Below, in pieces: positions 49,101 through 59,620 of a stretch of 64,000 nucleotides of DNA (the first letter of the stretch is position 1; every line of letters begins with the position of its first letter). This DNA is from Eledone cirrhosa (taxonomy: Eukaryota). The position numbers were made by a program, and so were the translations under genes. The stretch covers positions 134,044,001-134,108,000 of the forward strand of contig OZ024743.1 in the NCBI GenBank assembly GCA_964016885.1. The letters are read 5' to 3'. A model generated the notes under the pieces. The model was given only the letters and a program-made list of their open reading frames with translations, had not been told where the DNA came from and made no database searches.

Positions 49101-50460
49101 TGGTGTTAGGTGTTTGGTGCTTAGTGCTTGGTGTTTGGTGTTTGGTGCTTGGTGTTTGGTGCTTGGTGCTTGGTGTTTGGTGTTTGGTGCTTGGTGTTTG
49201 GTGCTTGCTACGTGGTGCTTGGTGCTTGGTGTTTGCTGTTTGCTGTTTGGTGTCTGCTTTTTGGTGTTTGGTGTTTGCTGTATGGTGTTTGCTGTTTGGT
49301 GTCTGGTGTTTGCTGTTTGGTGTTTGGTCTTTGGTGCTTGGTGTTTGGTGCTTGGTGCTTGGTGTTTGGTGTTTGGTGCTTGGTGCTTGGTGTTTGGTGT
49401 TTGGTGCTTGGTGCTTGGTGTTTGGTGTTTGGTGCTTTGTGTCAGGTGCTTGGTGTTTGGTGTTTGCTGTATGTTGTTTGCTGTTTGGTGTTTGGTGTTT
49501 GGTATTTGGTGTTTGGTGCTTGGTGCTTGGTGTTTGGTGCTTGGTGCTTGGTGTTTGGTGCCTGTTGCTTGGTGCTTGTTGTTTGGTGTTTGGTGCTTGG
49601 TGCTTGGTGCTTGGAGTTTGGTGTTTGGTGCTTGTTGCTTGGTGTTTTGTGTTTGGTTTTTGGTTTTTGGTGCTTGGTGCTTGGTGCTTGGTCCTTGGTG
49701 TTTGGTGCTGCGTGCTTTGTGTTTGGTGCTTGGTGCTTTGTGCTTGGTGTTTGGTGTTTGCTGCTTGGTGTTTGGTGCTTGGTGCTTCGTGCTTGGTGTT
49801 TTGTGTTTGGTGCTTGGTGCTTGGTGTTTGGTGCTTGGTGCTTGGTGCTTGGTGTTTGTACTTGGTGCTTGGTGCTTGGTGTTTGGTTCTTGGTTCTTGG
49901 TGTTTGGTACTTGGTGCTTGGTGCTTGGTGCTTGGTGTTTGGTGCTTGGTGTTTGGTGCTTGGTGCTTGGTGTTTGGTGCTTGGTGTTTGGTGCTTGGTG
50001 CTTGGTATTTGGTGTTTGGTGTTTGGTGTTTGCTGTTTGCTGTTTGGTGTTTGGTGTTTGCTGTTTGCTGTTTGGTGTCTGCTTTTTGGTGTTTGGTGTT
50101 TGCTGTATGGTGTTTGCTGTTTGGTGTTTGGTGTTTGCTGTTTGGTGTTTGGTCTTTGGTGCTTGGTGTTTGGTGCTTGGTGCTTGGTGTTTGGTGTTTG
50201 GTGCTTGGTGCTTGGTGTTTGGTGTTTGGTGCTTGGTGCTTGGTGTCTGGTGCTTGGTGCTTGGTGCTTGGTGTTTGGTGCTTGGTGCTTGGTGCTGGGT
50301 GCTGGGTGCTTGGTCTTTGGTGCTTGGTGTTTGGTGTTTGGTGCTTGGTGTTTGGTGCTTGGTGTTTGGTGCTTGGTGATTAGTGTTTGGTGCTTGGTGC
50401 TTGGGGTTTGGTGTTTCGTGCTTGGTGCTTGGTGTTTGGTGCTTGGTACTTGGTGTTTGG
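45780..50460. repeat. 2342-bp tandem duplication, essentially identical copies
   Basis: ORF pairs 45787/48129, 46184/48526 and 46719/49061. CTACG at 46691/49033 and 46866/49208. Confidence 0.95.
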
Positions 50461-53079
50461 TGCTTGGTGTTTGGTGTTTGCTGTTTGGTGTTTGGTGTTT
50501 GGTGTTTGGTGTTTGCTGTTTGGTGTCTGCTTTTTGGTGTTTGGTGTTTGTTGTATGGTGTTTGCTGTTTCGTGTTTGGTGTTTGCTGTTTGCTGTTTGG
50601 TGTTTGGTGTTTGCTGTTTGGTGTTTGGTCTTTGGTGCTTGGTGATTGGTGCTTGGTGTTTGGTGTTTGGTGCTTGGTGTTTGGTTTTTGGTGCTTGGTG
50701 CTTGGTGCTTGGTGTTTGGTGTTTGGTGCTTGGTGCTTGGTGCTTGGTGTTTGGTGCTTGGTGCTTGGTGTTTGGTGCTGGGTGCTTGGTGTTTGGTGCT
50801 TGGTGCTTGGTGCTTGGTGTTTGGTGCTGGGTGCTTGGTGTTTGGTGTTCGGTGTTATATGCTTGGTGTTTGATGCTTGGTGCTTGGTGCTTGTTGTTTG
50901 GTGTTTGGTGCTTGGTGTTTGATGCTTGGTGTTTGATGCTTGGTGCTTGGTGCTTGGTGTTTGGTGCTTGGTGCTTGGTGTTTGTACTTGGTGCTTGGTT
51001 CTTTGTGTTTGGTGCTTGGTGCTTGGTGCTTTGTGTTTGGTGCTTGGTGTTTGGTGCTTGGTGTTTGGTGCTTGGTGCCTGGTGCTTGGTGCTTGGTGCT
51101 TGGTGTTTGGTGCTTGGTGTTTGGTGCTTGGTGTTAGGTGTTTGGTGCTTGGTGCTTGGTGTTTGGTGTTTGGTGCATTGTGTTTGGTGCTTGGTGCTTG
51201 GTGTTTGGTGTTATATGCTTGGTGTTTGATGCTTGGTGCTTGGTGTTTGGTGTTTGATGCTTGGTGCTTGATGCTTGGTGCTTGGTGCTTGGTGTTTGGT
51301 GCTTGGTGCTTGGTGTTTGTACTTGTTGCTTGGTGCTTGATGCTTGGTGATTGGTGTTTGGTGCTTGGTTCTTGGTGTTTGGTGCTTGGTGTTTGGTGCT
51401 TGGTGCTTGGTGTTTGGTGCTTGGTGCTTGGTGTTTGGTGTTTGGTGCTTGGTGCTTGGTTTTTGGTGTTTGGTGCTTGGTGCTTGGTGCTTGGTGTTTG
51501 GTGCTTGGTGCTTGGTGTTTGGTGCTTGGTGTTTGGTGCTTGGTGTTTGGTGCTTGGTGCTTGGTGCTTGGTGCATGGTGCTTGGTGTTTGGTGCTTGGT
51601 GTTTGGTGCTTGGTGTTAGGTGTTTGGTGCTTAGTGCTTGGTGTTTGGTGTTTGGTGCTTGGTGTTTGGTGCTTGGTGCTTGGTGTTTGGTGTTTGGTGC
51701 TTGGTGTTTGGTGCTTGCTACGTGGTGCTTGGTGCTTGGTGTTAGGTGTTTGGTGCTTGGTGTGTGGTGTTTGGTTTTTGGTGCTTGGTGTTAGGTGTTT
51801 GGTGCTTAGTGCTTGGTGTTTGGTGTTTGGTGCTTGGTGTTTGGTGCTTGGTGCTTGGTGTTTGGTGTTTGGTGCTTGGTGTTTGGTGCTTGCTACGTGG
51901 TGCTTGGTGCTTGGTGTTTGCTGTTTGCTGTTTGGTGTCTGCTTTTTGGTGTTTGGTGTTTGCTGTATGGTGTTTGCTGTTTGGTGCTTTGTGTCAGGTG
52001 CTTGGTGTTTGGTGTTTGCTGTATGTTGTTTGCTGTTTGGTGTTTGGTGTTTGGTATTTGGTGTTTGGTGCTTGGTGCTTGGTGTTTGGTGCTTGGTGCT
52101 TGGTGTTTGGTGCCTGTTGCTTGGTGCTTGTTGTTTGGTGTTTGGTGCTTGGTGCTTGGTGCTTGGAGTTTGGTGTTTGGTGCTTGTTGCTTGGTGTATT
52201 GTGTTTGGTTTTTGGTTTTTGGTGCTTGGTGCTTGGTGCTTGGTCCTTGGTGTTTGGTGCTGCGTGCTTTGTGTTTGGTGCTTGGTGCTTTGTGCTTGGT
52301 GTTTGGTGTTTGCTGCTTGGTGTTTGGTGCTTGGTGCTTCGTGCTTGGTGTTTTGTGTTTGGTGCTTGGTGCTTGGTGTTTGGTGCTTGGTGCTTGGTGC
52401 TTGGTGTTTGTACTTGGTGCTTGGTGCTTGGTGTTTGGTTCTTGGTTCTTGGTGTTTGGTACTTGGTGCTTGGTGCTTGGTGCTTGGTGTTTGGTGCTTG
52501 GTGTTTGGTGCTTGGTGCTTGGTGTTTGGTGCTTGGTGCTTGGTATTTGGTGTTTGGTGTTTGGTGTTTGCTGTTTGCTGTTTGGTGTTTGGTGTTTGCT
52601 GTTTGCTGTTTGGTGTCTGCTTTTTGGTGTTTGGTGTTTGCTGTATGGTGTTTGCTGTTTGGTGTTTGCTGTTTGCTGTTTGGTGTTTGGTCTTTGGTGC
52701 TTGGTGTTTGGTGCTTGGTGCTTGGTGTTTGGTGTTTGGTGCTTGGTGCTTGGTGTTTGGTGTTTGGTGCTTGGTGCTTGGTCTCTGGTGCTTGGTGCTT
52801 GGTGCTTGGTGTTTGGTGCTTGGTGCTTGGTGCTGGGTGCTGGGTGCTTGGTCTTTGGTGCTTGGTGTTTGGTGTTTGCTGTTTGGTATTTGGTGTTTGG
52901 TGTTTGGTGTTTGCTGTTTGGTGTCTGCTTTTTGGTGTTTGGTGTTTGTTGTATGGTGTTTGCTGTTTCGTGTTTGGTGTTTGCTGTTTGCTGTTTGGTG
53001 TTTGGTGTTTGCTGTTTGGTGTTTGGTCTTTGGTGCTTGGTGATTGGTGCTTGGTGTTTGGTGTTTGGTGCTTGGTGTT

Positions 53080-56000
53080 TGGTTTTTGGTGCTTGGTGCT
53101 TGGTGCTTGGTGTTTGGTGTTTGGTGCTTGGTGCTTGGTGCTTGGTGTTTGGTGCTTGGTGCTTGGTGTTTGGTGCTGGGTGCTTGGTGTTTGGTGCTTG
53201 GTGCTTGGTGCTTGGTGTTTGGTGCTGGGTGCTTGGTGTTTGGTGTTCGGTGTTATAAGCTTGGTGTTTGATGCTTGGTGCTTGGTGCTTGTTGTTTGGT
53301 GTTTGGTGATTGGTGTTTGATGCTTGGTGTTTGATGCTTGGTGCTTGGTGCTTGGTGTTTGGTGCTTGGTGCTTGGTGTTTGTACCTGGTGCTTGGTTCT
53401 TTGTGTTTGGTGCTTGGTGCTTGGTGCTTTGTGTTTGGTGCTTGGTGTTTGGTGCTTGGTGTTTGGTGCTTGGTGCCTGGTGCTTGGTGCTTGGTGCTTG
53501 GTGTTTGGTGCTTGGTGTTTGGTGCTTGGTGTTAGGTGTTTGGTGCTTGGTGCTTGGTGTTTGGTGTTTGGTGCTTGGTGTTTGGTGCTTGGTGCTTGGT
53601 GTTTGGTGTTTGGTGCTTGGTGTTTGGTGCTTGGTACTTGGTGCTTGGTGTTAGGTGTTTGGTGCTTGGTGCTTGGTGTTTGGTTTTTGGTGCTTGGTGC
53701 TTGGTGTTTGGTGTTTGGTGCTTGCTGCTGGCTGCTTGGTGCTTGGTGATTGGTGCTTGGTGTTTGGTGCTTGGTGTTTGGTGTTTGGTGTTTGGTGCTT
53801 GGTGCTTGGTGCATGGTGCTTGGTGTTTGGTGCTTGGTGTTTGGTGCTTGGTGTTAGGTGTTTGGTGCTTAGTGCTTGGTGTTTGGTGTTTGGTGCTTGG
53901 TCTTTGGTGCTTGGTGCTTGGTGTTTGGTGTTTGGTGCTTGGTGTTTGGTGCTTGCTACGTGGTGCTTGGTGCTTGGTGTTAGGTGTTTGGTGCTTGGTG
54001 TGTGGTGTTTGGTTTTTGGTGCTTGGTGTTAGGTGTTTGGTGCTTAGTGCTTGGTGTTTGGTGTTTGGTGCTTGGTGTTTGGTGCTTGGTGCTTGGTGTT
54101 TGGTGTTTGGTGCTTGGTGTTTGGTGCTTGCTACGTGGTGCTTGGTGCTTGGTGTTTGCTGTTTGCTGATTGGTGTCTGCTTTTTGGTGTTTGGTGTTTG
54201 TTGTATGGTGTTTGCTGTTTGGTGTCTGGTGTTTGCTGTTTGGTGTTTGGTCTTTGGTGCTTGGTGTTTGGTGCTTGGTGCTTGGTGTTTGGTGTTTGGT
54301 GCTTGGTGCTTGTTGTTTGGTGTTTGGTGCTTGGTGCTTGGTGTTTGGTGTTTGGTGCTTTGTGTCAGGTGCTTGGTGTTTGGTGTTTGCTGTATGTTGT
54401 TTGCTGTTTGGTGTTTGGTGTTTGGTATTTGGTGTTTGGTGCTTGGTGCTTGGTGTTTGGTGCTTGGTGCTTGGTGTTTGGTGCCTGTTGCTTGGTGCTT
54501 GTTGTTTGGTGTTTGGTGCTTGGTGCTTGGTGCTTGGAGTTTGGTGTTTGGTGCTTATTGCTTGGTGTTTTGTGTTTGGTTTTTGGTTTTTGGTGCTTGG
54601 TGCTTGGTGCTTGGTCCTTGGTGTTTGGTGCTGCGTGCTTTGTGTTTGGTGCTTGGTGCTTTGTGCTTGGTGTTTGGTGTTTGCTGCTTGGTGTTTGGTG
54701 CTTGGTGCTTCGTGCTTGGTGTTTTGTGTTTGGTGCTTGGTGCTTGGTGTTTGGTGCTTGGTGCTTGGTGCTTGGTGTTTGTACTTGGTGCTTGGTGCTT
54801 GGTGTTTGGTTCTTGGTTCTTGGTGTTTGGTACTTGGTGCTTGGTGCTTGGTGCTTGGTGTTTGGTGCTTGGTGTTTGGTGCTTGGTGCTTGGTGTTTGG
54901 TGCTTGGTGTTTGGTGCTTGGTGCTTGGTATTTGGTGTTTGGTGTTTGGTGTTTGCTGTTTGCTGTTTGGTGTTTGGTGTTTGCTGTTTGCTGTTTGGTG
55001 TCTGCTTTTTGGTGTTTGGTGTTTGCTGTATGGTGTTTGCTGTTTGGTGTTTGGTGTTTGCTGTTTGGTGTTTGGTCTTTGGTGCTTGGTGTTTGGTGCT
55101 TGGTGCTTGGTGTTTGGTTTTTGGTGCTTGGTGCTTGGTGCTTGGTGTTTGGTGTTTGGTGCTTGGTGCTTGGTGCTTGGTGTTTGGTGCTTGGTGCTTG
55201 GTGTTTGGTGCTGGGTGCTTGGTGTTTGGTGCTTGGTGCTTGGTGCTTGGTGTTTGGTGCTGGGTGCTTGGTGTTTGGTGTTCGGTGTTATAAGCTTGGT
55301 GTTTGATGCTTGGTGCTTGGTGCTTGTTGTTTGGTGTTTGGTGCTTGGTGTTTGATGCTTGGTGTTTGATGCTTGGTGCTTGGTGCTTGGTGTTTGGTGC
55401 TTGGTGCTTGGTGTTTGTACTTGGTGCTTGGTTCTTTGTGTTTGGTGCTTGGTGCTTGGTGCTTTGTGTTTGGTGCTTGGTGTTTGGTGCTTGGTGTTTG
55501 GTGCTTGGTGCCTGGTGCTTGGTGCTTGGTGCTTGGTGTTTGGTGCTTGGTGTTTGGTGCTTGGTGTTAGGTGTTTGGTGCTTGGTGCTTGGTGTTTGGT
55601 GTTTGGTGCTTGGTGTTTGGTGCTTGGTGCTTGGTGTTTGGTGTTTGGTGCTTGGTGTTTGGTGCTTGGTACTTGGTGCTTGGTGTTAGGTGTTTGGTGC
55701 TTGGTGCTTGGTGTTTGGTTTTTGGTGCTTGGTGCTTGGTGTTTGGTGTTTGGTGCTTGCTGCTGGCTGCTTGGTGCTTGGTGATTGGTGCTTGGTGTTT
55801 GGTGCTTGGTGTTTGGTGTTTGGTGTTTGGTGCTTGGTGCTTGGTGCATGGTGCTTGGTGTTTGGTGCTTGGTGTTTGGTGCTTGGTGTTAGGTGTTTGG
55901 TGCTTAGTGCTTGGTGTTTGGTGTTTGGTGCTTGGTCTTTGGTGCTTGGTGCTTGGTGTTTGGTGTTTGGTGCTTGGTGTTTGGTGCTTGCTACGTGGTG

Positions 56001-57140
56001 CTTGGTGCTTGGTGTTAGGTGTTTGGTGCTTGGTGTGTGGTGTTTGGTTTTTGGTGCTTGGTGTTAGGTGTTTGGTGCTTAGTGCTTGGTGTTTGGTGTT
56101 TGGTGCTTGGTGTTTGGTGCTTGGTGCTTGGTGTTTGGTGTTTGGTGCTTGGTGTTTGGTGCTTGCTACGTGGTGCTTGGTGCTTGGTGTTTGCTGTTTG
56201 CTGATTGGTGTCTGCTTTTTGGTGTTTGGTGTTTGTTGTATGGTGTTTGCTGTTTGGTGTCTGGTGTTTGCTGTTTGGTGTTTGGTCTTTGGTGCTTGGT
56301 GTTTGGTGCTTGGTGCTTGGTGTTTGGTGTTTGGTGCTTGGTGCTTGTTGTTTGGTGTTTGGTGCTTGGTGCTTGGTGTTTGGTGTTTGGTGCTTTGTGT
56401 CAGGTGCTTGGTGTTTGGTGTTTGCTGTATGTTGTTTGCTGTTTGGTGTTTGGTGTTTGGTATTTGGTGTTTGGTGCTTGGTGCTTGGTGTTTGGTGCTT
56501 GGTGCTTGGTGTTTGGTGCCTGTTGCTTGGTGCTTGTTGTTTGGTGTTTGGTGCTTGGTGCTTGGTGCTTGGAGTTTGGTGTTTGGTGCTTATTGCTTGG
56601 TGTTTTGTGTTTGGTTTTTGGTTTTTGGTGCTTGGTGCTTGGTGCTTGGTCCTTGGTGTTTGGTGCTGCGTGCTTTGTGTTTGGTGCTTGGTGCTTTGTG
56701 CTTGGTGTTTGGTGTTTGCTGCTTGGTGTTTGGTGCTTGGTGCTTCGTGCTTGGTGTTTTGTGTTTGGTGCTTGGTGCTTGGTGTTTGGTGCTTGGTGCT
56801 TGGTGCTTGGTGTTTGTACTTGGTGCTTGGTGCTTGGTGTTTGGTTCTTGGTTCTTGGTGTTTGGTACTTGGTGCTTGGTGCTTGGTGCTTGGTGTTTGG
56901 TGCTTGGTGTTTGGTGCTTGGTGCTTGGTGTTTGGTGCTTGGTGTTTGGTGCTTGGTGCTTGGTATTTGGTGTTTGGTGTTTGGTGTTTGCTGTTTGCTG
57001 TTTGGTGTTTGGTGTTTGCTGTTTGCTGTTTGGTGTCTGCTTTTTGGTGTTTGGTGTTTGCTGTATGGTGTTTGCTGTTTGGTGTTTGGTGTTTGGTGTT
57101 TGGTGTTTGGTCTTTGGTGCTTGGTGTTTGGTGCTTGGTG
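53080..57140. repeat. 2035-bp tandem duplication
   Basis: AAGCTT at 53257 and 55292. ORFs 53536/55571 and 54170/56205. CTACG at 53956/55991. Confidence 0.93.
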
Positions 57141-57679
57141 CTTGGTGTTTGGTGTTTGGTGCTTGGTGCTTGGTGTTTGGTGTTTGGTGCTTGGTGCTTG
57201 GTGTCTGGTGCTTGGTGCTTGGTGCTTGGTGTTTGGTGCTTGGTGCTTGGTGCTGGGTGCTGGGTGCTTGGTCTTTGGTGCTTGGTGTTTGGTGTTTGGT
57301 GCTTGGTGTTTGGTGCTTGGTGTTTGGTGCTTGGTGATTAGTGTTTGGTGCTTGGTGCTTGGGGTTTGGTGTTTCGTGCTTGGTGCTTGGTGTTTGGTGC
57401 TTGGTACTTGGTGTTTGGTGCTTGGTGTTTGGTGTTTGCTGTTTGGTGTTTGGTGTTTGGTGTTTGGTGTTTGCTGTTTGGTGTCTGCTTTTTGGTGTTT
57501 GGTGTTTGTTGTATGGTGTTTGCTGTTTCGTGTTTGGTGTTTGCTGTTTGCTGTTTGGTGTTTGGTGTTTGCTGTTTGGTGTTTGGTCTTTGGTGCTTGG
57601 TGATTGGTGCTTGGTGTTTGGTGTTTGGTGCTTGGTGTTTGGTTTTTGGTGCTTGGTGCTTGGTGCTTGGTGTTTGGTG

Positions 57680-59620
57680 TTTGGTGCTTGGTGCTTGGTG
57701 CTTGGTGTTTGGTGCTTGGTGCTTGGTGTTTGGTGCTGGGTGCTTGGTGTTTGGTGCTTGGTGCTTGGTGCTTGGTGTTTGGTGCTGGGTGCTTGGTGTT
57801 TGGTGTTCGGTGTTATATGCTTGGTGTTTGATGCTTGGTGCTTGGTGCTTGTTGTTTGGTGTTTGGTGCTTGGTGTTTGATGCTTGGTGTTTGATGCTTG
57901 GTGCTTGGTGCTTGGTGTTTGGTGCTTGGTGCTTGGTGTTTGTACTTGGTGCTTGGTTCTTTGTGTTTGGTGCTTGGTGCTTGGTGCTTTGTGTTTGGTG
58001 CTTGGTGTTTGGTGCTTGGTGTTTGGTGCTTGGTGCCTGGTGCTTGGTGCTTGGTGCTTGGTGTTTGGTGCTTGGTGTTTGGTGCTTGGTGTTAGGTGTT
58101 TGGTGCTTGGTGCTTGGTGTTTGGTGTTTGGTGCTTGGTGTTTGGTGCTTGGTGCTTGGTGTTTGGTGTTATATGCTTGGTGTTTGATGCTTGGTGCTTG
58201 GTGTTTGGTGTTTGATGCTTGGTGCTTGATGCTTGGTGCTTGGTGCTTGGTGTTTGGTGCTTGGTGCTTGGTGTTTGTACTTGTTGCTTGGTGCTTGATG
58301 CTTGGTGATTGGTGTTTGGTGCTTGGTTCTTGGTGTTTGGTGCTTGGTGTTTGGTGCTTGGTGCTTGGTGTTTGGTGCTTGGTGCTTGGTGTTTGGTGTT
58401 TGGTGCTTGGTGCTTGGTTCTTGGTGTTTGGTGCTTGGTGCTTGGTGCTTGGTGTTTGGTGCTTGGTGCTTGGTGTTTGGTGCTTGGTGTTTGGTGCTTG
58501 GTGTTTGGTGCTTGGTGCTTGGTGCTTGGTGCATGGTGCTTGGTGTTTGGTGCTTGGTGTTTGGTGCTTGGTGTTAGGTGTTTGGTGCTTAGTGCTTGGT
58601 GTTTGGTGTTTGGTGCTTGGTGTTTGGTGCTTGGTGCTTGGTGTTTGGTGTTTGGTGCTTGGTGCTTGGTGCTTGGTGTTTGGTGCTTGGTGCTTGGTGT
58701 TTGGTGCTGGGTGCTTGGTGTTTGGTGCTTGGTGCTTGGTGCTTGGTGTTTGGTGCTGGGTGCTTGGTGTTTGGTGTTCGGTGTTATATGCTTGGTGTTT
58801 GATGCTTGGTGCTTGGTGCTTGTTGTTTGGTGTTTGGTGCTTGGTGTTTGATGCTTGGTGTTTGATGCTTGGTGCTTGGTGCTTGGTGTTTGGTGCTTGG
58901 TGCTTGGTGTTTGTACTTGGTGCTTGGTTCTTTGTGTTTGGTGCTTGGTGCTTGGTGCTTTGTGTTTGGTGCTTGGTGTTTGGTGCTTGGTGTTTGGTGC
59001 TTGGTGCCTGGTGCTTGGTGCTTGGTGCTTGGTGTTTGGTGCTTGGTGTTTGGTGCTTGGTGTTAGGTGTTTGGTGCTTGGTGCTTGGTGTTTGGTGTTT
59101 GGTGCTTGGTGTTTGGTGCTTGGTGCTTGGTGTTTGGTGTTATATGCTTGGTGTTTGATGCTTGGTGCTTGGTGTTTGGTGTTTGATGCCTGGTGCTTGA
59201 TGCTTGGTGCTTGGTGCTTGGTGTTTGGTGCTTGGTGCTTGGTGTTTGTACTTGTTGCTTGGTGCTTGATGCTTGGTGATTGGTGTTTGGTGCTTGGTTC
59301 TTGGTGTTTGGTGCTTGGTGTTTGGTGCTTGGTGCTTGGTGTTTGGTGCTTGGTGCTTGGTGTTTGGTGTTTGGTGCTTGGTGCTTGGTTTTTGGTGTTT
59401 GGTGCTTGGTGCTTGGTGCTTGGTGTTTGGTGCTTGGTGCTTGGTGTTTGGTGCTTGGTGTTTGGTGCTTGGTGTTTGGTGCTTGGTGCTTGGTGCTTGG
59501 TGCATGGTGCTTGGTGTTTGGTGCTTGGTGTTTGGTGCTTGGTGTTAGGTGTTTGGTGCTTAGTGCTTGGTGTTTGGTGTTTGGTGCTTGGTGTTTGGTG
59601 CTTGGTGCTTGGTGTTTGGT
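57680..59620. repeat. 971-bp tandem duplication
   Basis: ORF pairs 57884/58855, 58169/59140 and 58302/59273. Confidence 0.9.
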